This document shows, in pieces, positions 56,529 to 64,000 of a stretch of 64,000 bases of DNA (position 1 is the first letter of the stretch; every line of letters starts with the position of its first letter). Both the position numbers and the translations under genes were made by a program. The stretch comes from Candidatus Zixiibacteriota bacterium (GTDB lineage: Bacteria; Zixibacteria; MSB-5A5; GN15; JAAZOE01). The stretch spans positions 32,001-96,000 of the forward strand of contig JBDREQ010000076.1 of the NCBI GenBank assembly GCA_043819555.1. The letters run 5' to 3'. Under the pieces are notes generated by a model, which was given only the letters and a program-made list of their open reading frames with translations, did not search any database and was not told where the DNA came from.

Positions 56529-58915
56529 TATGTTTTAAGCCGGGCGATGGTGACCCCATGCCCGCCCTCATTCCAATTACCAATACGCAGAGATTCCACA
56601 GCCCGGTGGTTTTTTAAATAGGCTGTCAGGTTTTTGCGAAGGATGCCGGCTCCTTTGCCATGAATTACATATACCTGAGGCGCGCCGGCGATAATCGCGT
56701 CATCAAGGAATTTATCCAGTAGTTCCAGGGCTTCTTCGACCGTCATTCCGCGAAGCATTATTTCCGGGCGAAAATTATCACTGGTAGAGGCGTTAACGGT
56801 CCCGGATGATTTAAATTGCTTTTTTTTCGGGACATCAGGCTTATTGTTTCGGCGTGTGACGTCGATGGTATCGATAATCATGGTCGCCTTGCCGATGATG
56901 ACTTTAGCCCGTTTGGCATCGAGCATTTCTATCACTTCTCCCTCAGTATTGATTTTTTCTATCCAAACGGTTTCACCGGGGGAGAGAATTTTGGCATCCT
57001 GAAGTTTTTTTGATTTTAATTTTTGTTTTTGGTCCGCGATTTCTTTCGATCGATTTTTCAGGAGGTTATGTGAATTCTTAACCTGCTTTGAATCGGCCTG
57101 CGATTCCCGAATGCCCTTGACTAATTTGTCAATTTCTCTGCGGCCGTCTTCGACCTGTTTTTCAAGTTCCTGAATATGCTTTTCGGCGAATTCTTTTTCC
57201 TTATCATCAAGATGATTTTTGCGGGCAATATAATATTCTTCGAGGGTTTTAGCCTTTTCAAGACGCTCATCAAGCTCGACTCTTTCCTTTCGAATATGTT
57301 CCAGATCGGTGTCAAGTTTTTCAATCAGTTTATCGAGGGAGCGTGATTGAGTTCCAAGCAGTTTAGCCGATCTGTCGGCCATTTCATCGGGCAGTCCAAG
57401 GCGGCGGGCAATATCAATAGCATAACTGGCTCCGGGAATGCCCAGTTTCAATCTAAAAGTCGGCTTTAGTTGTTCTCGGTCAAACTCAAGTGATGCATTT
57501 ATAAGGCCCGGATATTCCAGTGGCAAAGTTTTCAATTGTGAATAATGGGTCGTTGCCAGGAGATTGCACCCCCGTTCCAGAAGCGTCAGGATAATAACTT
57601 CGGCGAGGGCGGCGCCTTCTTTGGGATCGGTTCCAGCTCCGATTTCATCAAAAAGGACCAGCGTGTTTTTATCAGCATCATTAATGGCCGCGATGATATT
57701 TCTGATATGCGAAGAAAAAGTAGAAAGAGATAATTCGAGTGATTGTTCATCGCCGATATCTGCGAATATTTTACTGTAAATTCCAACGCGGCTTTTCGGA
57801 TCAGCCGGAATTTCAAGACCGGACATGGCCATTAAGGTCAAAAGACCAATGGCTTTTATGGCCACGGTTTTGCCACCCGTATTGGGACCCGTCACCAGAA
57901 TACCCTGATTATCTTTGTCGAGGACAATACTTAGAGGGATGATATCTGAGAAAGATTCGGCCCCATGCATAAGAAGAGGGTGGCGGGCATCGATTAGGTT
58001 TAATTCACCGGTGCGGGAAATTTCGGGGGATGCGGCCTCAATTTTAAGGGCAAATCCGGCGCAGGCATGGACAAAATCGAGTTTTCCGTAGGCGTCAATA
58101 TCGCATATAATATCGTCCGCCGACTGTCCAACCATGGACGTGAGTTCACGGAGTATTCGGCTGATTTCTATTTTTTCATCCTGTTGCAGTTGGCGCAGTT
58201 TATTATTTATTGGGATCGCCGAATCCGGTTCAACAAAGAGGGTCGCGCCACTGTGGGATTTATCATGAATGATTCCCTTGTTATGATTAAAATCTGAAGA
58301 CAGGACGGGAATTACAAAACGGCCATCGCGAATAGTAATGACATCATCCTGCCAGCCGGTATGTTTTTTTCTACCTGACAAGATTTTACTAAGATGGTTT
58401 TTTATTTTGGCGTCGGATTCACTGATATCTCTGCGAATTTTCGCCAGAGCGCTTGATGCTTTATCAAGAATTTCACCGGAAGAATCAATGGCCTTTCCAA
58501 TGGCTTTTGATATTTCACGCCTGGGATGAAATACTTTTATAATGTCTGCAATATCGGGGAATTTTTCATGACGGTTTTCAGACTTGCCGTATCTTACAAG
58601 ATCACTAACGGCATCAAGGAATAGTTTGATTTGCAGCAACGAACTGGGTTCGAGATTCAAACCTTCAATACGGGATTTTTCTATCAATCCCGAGATATCA
58701 TCTATTCGAATAAGGGGAAGAGCTTCCTCAAAGCGAATTATTTCCCTCATTTGCGATGATTGCTTATGGCGCAGGCTTATCTCATCCCGGTCAAATAACG
58801 GTCGTAAATTTTCGGCACGTATTTGTCCGAAGGGAGATAGGGTCAAGCCTCGAATTAATTCAGAAATCTTTGGGAATTCGAGGACTTTGATTGTATGGGC
58901 ATCAATTTCCTGCAT
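56528..58915 (-). CDS. mutS2: Endonuclease MutS2
   Basis: TGPNTGGKT, DIGDEQS...LSTFSSH, DEIGAGTDP.EG, TTHY, C-terminal Smr domain (LRG...IHGKG.G). Confidence 0.97.
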   Translation of the reverse strand: MQEIDAHTIKVLEFPKISELIRGLTLSPFGQIRAENLRPLFDRDEISLRHKQSSQMREIIRFEEALPLIRIDDISGLIEKSRIEGLNLEPSSLLQIKLFLDAVSDLVRYGKSENRHEKFPDIADIIKVFHPRREISKAIGKAIDSSGEILDKASSALAKIRRDISESDAKIKNHLSKILSGRKKHTGWQDDVITIRDGRFVIPVLSSDFNHNKGIIHDKSHSGATLFVEPDSAIPINNKLRQLQQDEKIEISRILRELTSMVGQSADDIICDIDAYGKLDFVHACAGFALKIEAASPEISRTGELNLIDARHPLLMHGAESFSDIIPLSIVLDKDNQGILVTGPNTGGKTVAIKAIGLLTLMAMSGLEIPADPKSRVGIYSKIFADIGDEQSLELSLSTFSSHIRNIIAAINDADKNTLVLFDEIGAGTDPKEGAALAEVIILTLLERGCNLLATTHYSQLKTLPLEYPGLINASLEFDREQLKPTFRLKLGIPGASYAIDIARRLGLPDEMADRSAKLLGTQSRSLDKLIEKLDTDLEHIRKERVELDERLEKAKTLEEYYIARKNHLDDKEKEFAEKHIQELEKQVEDGRREIDKLVKGIRESQADSKQVKNSHNLLKNRSKEIADQKQKLKSKKLQDAKILSPGETVWIEKINTEGEVIEMLDAKRAKVIIGKATMIIDTIDVTRRNNKPDVPKKKQFKSSGTVNASTSDNFRPEIMLRGMTVEEALELLDKFLDDAIIAGAPQVYVIHGKGAGILRKNLTAYLKNHRAVESLRIGNWNEGGHGVTIARLKT

Positions 58916-58947
58916 AAAAAACCGGCAATTTAAATCAAACCGCCGGT
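58916..58947 (-). terminator. Intrinsic terminator after cvpA
   Basis: ACCGGC...GCCGGT stem plus U6 abutting the mutS2 ATG. Confidence 0.6.
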
Positions 58948-58976
58948 AACATACAAAATATTTTGAATATTGCCAA
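58948..58976 (-). promoter_or_regulatory. Putative sigma70 promoter for mutS2-dnaG
   Basis: TTGGCA-N17-TATGTT. Confidence 0.45.
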
Positions 58977-58985
58977 TGATTTCAA

Positions 58986-59609
58986 TCAGGGCGTCGCGGT
59001 TGCGCTGAAAAATCTGTTTATTTGCATAAGAACAAGCTCTACTTCCGCTCGAGTTTCGCCAGTTGGCCGCAATTTGGAGTTTTTCAGCATCAAAGCTGAT
59101 TCAACCTTATTATAAAATGATGGGCTTTTGGGGTGAACGGCGCTTGAAGATTCATAAATAAAAGGAATGGTTTTAATCAGAGAAGGGCCGAATAGAGATT
59201 CTTCAACCACGAGATAAAAACTCGCCGGCATGGGAAGCAAAAAGAGAAGGAAAAATACAAATGCGATTACTATCCAGCCGCGGGCGAATCCGATAAAAGC
59301 TCCACCCATTTGATCCTTTTTGCCTTTTCGCTGAATATTCACAATTCTCGCCAAACCGATTCCCATCAGCTTGAAAGCGGCGTAGGTGAGCCCCAGTAAT
59401 AAAATAAAACTTAAGAAGGCGACGACCATCGGCGAACCGCCAATTTTTTCATAGACCACGACAGAAAAAGTATCCATAAAATTGATTGAGACAATAACCG
59501 CGGGGATTAATGTAAAGAAAGCCGTTAGCTCACGGAGCAAGCCTTTTTTGGAGCCAATGATAATCATGGCCACCAAAAGCCCCAGCAATATATAGTCAAC
59601 AATATTCAT
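58986..59609 (-). CDS. CvpA family (colicin V production) membrane protein
   Basis: MNIVD, G.KKGLLRE, DQMGGAFIGFARG; typical neighbour of mutS2. Confidence 0.88.
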   Translation of the reverse strand: MNIVDYILLGLLVAMIIIGSKKGLLRELTAFFTLIPAVIVSINFMDTFSVVVYEKIGGSPMVVAFLSFILLLGLTYAAFKLMGIGLARIVNIQRKGKKDQMGGAFIGFARGWIVIAFVFFLLFLLPMPASFYLVVEESLFGPSLIKTIPFIYESSSAVHPKSPSFYNKVESALMLKNSKLRPTGETRAEVELVLMQINRFFSATATP

Positions 59610-59702
59610 ATAATCACCCATCCTTTATACGGTTGATATTGAAAAATGGTGAATTTGAAAAATAGAGGCAATAAAAAAATGAACTGAATTTGGAGAGTAT
59701 TA

Positions 59703-60155
59703 TCACGCCTGTGATAACAATCGAGAAACTATCTCTTTGATAACCTTGCCGTCAGCCTGGCCTTTGGTTCGCGGCATGACCGCTTTCATGACTTTTCCCA
59801 TATCCGACATACCTGCCGCCCCGGTTTCCCCGATGACCTCGACCACGAGCCTTTCGATTTCTTCAGGCGATAGTTGCTCAGGCAGGTAGGCAGTAATAAG
59901 AGCCAATTCGGCCGTTTCTTTTTGTACCAGATCGTCACGGCCCCCCTGTTGAAATTTCTCAATTGAATCGCGCCGCTGTTTTGCGGCAGAAGATAAGACT
60001 TTGATGATATCGTCGTCTTTTAGTTCTTCGATTTGATTGTTGATGCGATAGTACTTAATATCAGAATTAAGGCCCCTAAGAGTCGTCACGGTGTCTTTTT
60101 CGCCGCTCTTAAGGGCCTTAATAACATCTTCGTCAATACGTTTTTGGAGAGACAT
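59703..60155 (-). CDS. yqeY: GatB/YqeY domain protein
   Basis: KQRRDSIEKF..GGRDDL, YLPEQLS, DMGKVM, GQADGK. Confidence 0.95.
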   Translation of the reverse strand: MSLQKRIDEDVIKALKSGEKDTVTTLRGLNSDIKYYRINNQIEELKDDDIIKVLSSAAKQRRDSIEKFQQGGRDDLVQKETAELALITAYLPEQLSPEEIERLVVEVIGETGAAGMSDMGKVMKAVMPRTKGQADGKVIKEIVSRLLSQA

Positions 60156-60353
60156 TTAGGACTGGTTCTCCTTCATGAGCTTACGCATTTTTCTTTTGGC
60201 CGCATTGAGTTTCCGTTTTTTTCGTTCGGACGGTTTTTCGAAATGCTGATGCTTTTTGATATCAGATAGTATTCCCATCTTTTCACAAAACTTGTTGAAT
60301 CTCCGCAAGGCTTTTTCGAATGATTCGTCATCGCGAACCTTAACGCCTGTCAT
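60156..60353 (-). CDS. rpsU: 30S ribosomal protein S21
   Basis: [34 protein letters not shown]. Confidence 0.97.
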   Translation of the reverse strand: MTGVKVRDDESFEKALRRFNKFCEKMGILSDIKKHQHFEKPSERKKRKLNAAKRKMRKLMKENQS

Positions 60354-60445
60354 TCTAAATAATCACTCCCTTCAAAACGTATTAGGGTTATAGATATAAC
60401 TTTCCGACTTGAAGATACTCTATTTTTGGGGTTAGTCAAACCAAA

Positions 60446-60805
60446 TTAACACAAATCAAGCTCAATTTTTTCTTCTTCCAATTCTTTTATCCAGGACAGA
60501 AAATGAACATGAAGATGATAGACAATTTGACCGCCTTTGGGGCCATTGTTAATTGTCATCCTAAAGCCGTTCTCCACCTTCAAATATTCGGCCAATTTCC
60601 GGCAAACCTTATGTAAATAAGCGACTTCGTCGTTTGGGGCGTCCATAAATGTGGCGAAGTGCTTTTTGGGGCAGATCAAAAGATGGATATTAGCTTGAGG
60701 GCGATAGTCATGGAATATTATTACCCGTTCGTTTTCGAAGACAATGCGAGCTGGAGAGGTTTTATTGATTATGTCGCAAAAAATACAGTTCATTTTGTTT
60801 TCCAT
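60446..60805 (-). CDS. HIT family hydrolase (HinT-like)
   Basis: CIFCDI, D.RPQA..H.L..PKKH, GQIVYHLHVH triad. Confidence 0.93.
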   Translation of the reverse strand: MENKMNCIFCDIINKTSPARIVFENERVIIFHDYRPQANIHLLICPKKHFATFMDAPNDEVAYLHKVCRKLAEYLKVENGFRMTINNGPKGGQIVYHLHVHFLSWIKELEEEKIELDLC

Positions 60806-60994
60806 GCTAAGACGCCATATATACGGATTTGGGGGTATGTATGCAATAATTAACAAGTTTTGTAGATATACACCCCGACGGTTTTGACAATAAAACAGAT
60901 CCCGCTTGCGTCATTCCCACGAATGCTGTAAACGGGGAGTTGATGAAGAAATGAAGGCCAATTACAAATTTCATTTAAGCATGCAAACCATTAG

Positions 60995-61885
60995 TTATTT
61001 CTTTATTGAGCTCCGTAATAATGCAGAGATTAATCTGGCTTTTTCGGCTATATATTTCATGCGCTTAGCCATCTCCGGGTCAATGGACTCCAGATCATGT
61101 TTATTGAAGTCGTCAATGGCTTCTTTCACGGAAGAATAACCCTCCCATTTATACACTGGTTCGAGGGGGCCAACAAAACCCAAATGTATTGGACTCTGTT
61201 CAACAGGATCAACGGCAAATGGATTTATTGTTATTGGGCCTCCGCGGAGTTTCAATTTCCATTCCTCACAATAGGTTGTAACTAAGGTTATGTCACCCAA
61301 ATATCTGAATCCATATATTTTTAATGGATAAGACGCATCTGAATAATTTCCAATGAAGTATCGCTCATAGACGTCAAATTTATAACTTACTTTATAGCAA
61401 ATGCATTCATTCCCATCTTGGTCAGGGCTATCAGGCCGGTCTGTTTTATCATTTCTAACCTTAGTACCTCTAATTTGACCCTTAAGTAGACAATATCGAT
61501 TACTGGAATTGTTATTATCGGACAATGCAATCAGTTCACCGATGCCATTAATATGATAAGAATCCTCGGTGTCACTGCTATCAATGACCGCTATCAATAC
61601 CTCGCAATCATTATTTTTCTGCTGGCTATTCTCATTCGGATTGTCGGTGTTTGTACTATCTAAATTCCAGATGATTTTCCACTCATCCCCATTTATGGTA
61701 ATAAACGAATTTGCTTCTTTAGTCCCTTGATGATTTGCTATGGGGAAAGATTCTTGATGCTGACCTGTATATAAATCATCAATCTTTGCATTAATGCTCT
61801 GTAACATTACATTTGTCAAAATAACTACTCCGGCGATGACAAGTAATGAATTAATATGCACTGAAACCTCCACTGTCCATGCCAT
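60995..61885 (-). CDS. Hypothetical protein (orphan; possible N-terminal TM)
   Basis: 296-aa AT-rich ORF filling the gap; no family recognised. Confidence 0.6.
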   Translation of the reverse strand: MAWTVEVSVHINSLLVIAGVVILTNVMLQSINAKIDDLYTGQHQESFPIANHQGTKEANSFITINGDEWKIIWNLDSTNTDNPNENSQQKNNDCEVLIAVIDSSDTEDSYHINGIGELIALSDNNNSSNRYCLLKGQIRGTKVRNDKTDRPDSPDQDGNECICYKVSYKFDVYERYFIGNYSDASYPLKIYGFRYLGDITLVTTYCEEWKLKLRGGPITINPFAVDPVEQSPIHLGFVGPLEPVYKWEGYSSVKEAIDDFNKHDLESIDPEMAKRMKYIAEKARLISALLRSSIKK

Positions 61886-62126
61886 TGTCTTGTTGCCCCT
61901 AAAATCAGGATCAAATGGCCTTCAAGATAACAGTTTATAAATTTGTTTATAAAAACTTATTCAGTTAATAATTTGACGATTCAGCGATTATTTTGTCAAA
62001 TAATAAATCGACTATTTGTTCTGTACCAGGCAGATACAGAATTTTTATATAAATTAACTTTTTACTCAAAATATATATCTGCGGCGACAACCCGACATTT
62101 TGCTACCACGCAAATAATGAATTTAT

Positions 62127-62274
62127 TGTCATTCCAGCAAGTTTCGCCATAGCGAAACGGAAGCTGGAATCCATACAGCGATGATGAAAGTATAGAACTT
62201 GCTATTTTTTGATAACTCAGACTGGATTCCCGACTCGCTTTGCCCCTGACAGGCATCGCTCTCGGGAATGACAG
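62127..62274. repeat. Inverted GTCATTCC...GGAATCC palindromic doublet
   Basis: TGTCATTCCAGC...GCTGGAATCCA (62127-62173) facing CTGGATTCCCG...CGGGAATGACAG (62222-62274). Confidence 0.85.
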
Positions 62275-62343
62275 GTATAAAGTATGGCGTGGTAACTGGG
62301 GAAGACACTATTGTCGAAACTGTAGTAGTTTCGACCTTTAAAG

Positions 62344-64000
62344 TTAATTAATCGTCGCAAGTACTTGAAGCATAAAATCCCTGTCCGGGTCGTTGGGGAC
62401 ATTCTCCAAATAGTAAGACAGATACCTTTTTGTCTTGGCTTTATTTCTTAAATAATAGGCGCAGTATCCGGCTGTTTTGTAGTTTTTCATCTCTGCCGGA
62501 TTGGCCTGAATTACTTTTTCAAAATATACCAAGGCTGAATCATATCGCTGCATCGTGTAATATCCGGTACCCAGATACAAATGCGCATCCAAAGAATTTG
62601 GATTAAGGGCAAGCGCAGAACGGCAATATTTCAACATTTCGCTATATTTTTTTTGATATAAATACAACCCCGCAAAATTCAGATGATGCCCCTGATTATA
62701 TGGTTCCAACTCCAATGCCAGCCTGTAATCACGAAGAGCATTCTCATAATTATAAGTTTTCAAATAGGCTGATCCTCGCAATGAGTACCCCTCCGGGCTA
62801 TATGGCTCGTTTTTTAGTATTTTTTCGGCAACAACAAGAGCCTGTTCAACTTTCCCGGAGTCAATTAATTGCTGACCATATCTTACCAGGAGAATATTGG
62901 GGAAGTATTCACTCATTTTCAGATTGATGCTGTCGGCCATTGGTTTTTCTCCGGCCCTAAAATAATAATCTCGCAGAGTTCCCATCCCTGATTTACTTTT
63001 CTCCCGGTCAAGCTCCAGCAGTGAAGTGTAATATTCAATTGATGGTTGGTATTGCAAATTGACTATAAAATAAGGGGCAACCATTAATAAAGACAACAGA
63101 GCCAGAATTGGACAGTATTTTGTAATCTGTATTTTTGAAATGTCAATCGTAATTAGCATAAGTAACGCCGGGCCTAATCCGCTGAGCGCGAATAAATCCC
63201 AATCCCGGCTCATGCCAATGCGAGGGTCAAGAATTAAAATCAATATCAATCCGCCAAGGCTGAAAGATGCCAGGAACCGCCAAATTGAATCTCTTTTCAT
63301 AGATTTGAAACCTATGATGCTTAAATACAGGAGTATGGGCCATAGTGGTATCAACAGGCTATACTCATTGAGGATATCAATAATATGGGGGATCGATATA
63401 AGCTTATAATCATCGGCGGGCGGCTTTCCCTGCAATAAAGGCAGGAAATGGGCTTGAATTGCCAATGATTGGAGATATTTATATAAGAAAGCCGCAATCC
63501 CGGAAATGACCGCTGCGCCGGCGATTGATAATATTACTTTCTTATATCGATGGAAGATTCTTCTTCCAGGGTCTCTGGATATAAGAAGCAGTGGAAATGA
63601 AATCGCAAAAAACAGACTCTGCAAATGGATAATGTGACAAACAATTAGTAATAGTGTTGGCCAGAACAGGCTGCATTTTTTATTCATATATTTAATCGCA
63701 AAGTACAAATAACCGGTCATAGGCGCCCATAATAAAGGATAATTTTCCACGTATCCAAAAAAGAGCAAGGTCCAGCCGCTGAAAATCAGAGTACTCAGGA
63801 TAAATAGACGGTAGCTCTTATCCTCACTCAATTCATGGGCAATGCCGCAAAAGAAAAATATTGAAATAGCACCAGACAGAACAGACACGATAGAGTATGC
63901 GTAAGTGGCGCTCTGTAGGCCGGAATACGGTAATAATTTATTTATAAAATCGGCGACTGCAATCGCGCCAATTTCGGTCCATTTGTATATCACCGGTATC
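62344..64000 (-). CDS. Multi-TM membrane protein with C-terminal TPRs (GT-C-like; 5' end outside window)
   Basis: Frame open to window edge; FFGYVENY and RDWDLF loop motifs; about 5 TPRs. Confidence 0.8.
   Translation of the reverse strand, partial: IPVIYKWTEIGAIAVADFINKLLPYSGLQSATYAYSIVSVLSGAISIFFFCGIAHELSEDKSYRLFILSTLIFSGWTLLFFGYVENYPLLWAPMTGYLYFAIKYMNKKCSLFWPTLLLIVCHIIHLQSLFFAISFPLLLISRDPGRRIFHRYKKVILSIAGAAVISGIAAFLYKYLQSLAIQAHFLPLLQGKPPADDYKLISIPHIIDILNEYSLLIPLWPILLYLSIIGFKSMKRDSIWRFLASFSLGGLILILILDPRIGMSRDWDLFALSGLGPALLMLITIDISKIQITKYCPILALLSLLMVAPYFIVNLQYQPSIEYYTSLLELDREKSKSGMGTLRDYYFRAGEKPMADSINLKMSEYFPNILLVRYGQQLIDSGKVEQALVVAEKILKNEPYSPEGYSLRGSAYLKTYNYENALRDYRLALELEPYNQGHHLNFAGLYLYQKKYSEMLKYCRSALALNPNSLDAHLYLGTGYYTMQRYDSALVYFEKVIQANPAEMKNYKTAGYCAYYLRNKAKTKRYLSYYLENVPNDPDRDFMLQVLATIN

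Noticed and set aside
61943..62402. Short ORFs of 61-69 aa
   Set aside because: They overlap the repeat doublet; the shared SGAKRVGNP peptide with ORF 50479 only reflects the DNA repeat

Overview
Bacterial chromosomal window, standard code 11, almost entirely minus-strand housekeeping operons. A secreted protein with a C-terminal dockerin-like duplicate (CGDAN..D....IGDAV..IN.VF..GP.P) suggests candidate division Zixibacteria (inference). Content: rodA(partial)-mrdA-mreD-mreC-ptsN-accA; a lipid-linked glycosylation cluster (WecA-like, GT2s, Dpm1-like, YfhO GT-C, flippase-like, GT4); comB; pyrR-pyrB-pyrC with a visible PyrR attenuator; a fused ECF ATPase; accB/pilT-like/accC/gcvH/gcvPA/gcvPB; three tRNAs (Leu-TAA, Tyr-GTA, Thr-TGT); an accessory block between tRNA-Leu and tRNA-Tyr; cysS, M42 peptidase, ddl, dedA, ispDF, queA, ruvCAB, yebC; an ECF sigma/anti-sigma/YbjQ triad; and recN, ASCH-HTH, dnaG, mutS2, cvpA, yqeY, rpsU, HIT. 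Most notable: (1) a selenoprotein missed by the ORF track (20941-21903): signal peptide, thioredoxin fold with in-frame UGA in a U-P-W-C motif, adjacent SECIS-like hairpin and TPR tail, inside a three-gene insert that splits gcvPA from gcvPB. (2) A leader-peptide (MIERAVILI) attenuator-like 5' region ahead of an RsgA paralog and a YerI/AmiN-like kinase, converging on a MATE pump; possibly a ribosome-antibiotic-inducible locus. (3) Several families of REP-like palindromic elements that bracket orphan genes. No CRISPR array, integrase, transposase or rRNA was seen. All family calls come from motif recognition by eye; no database searches were run.
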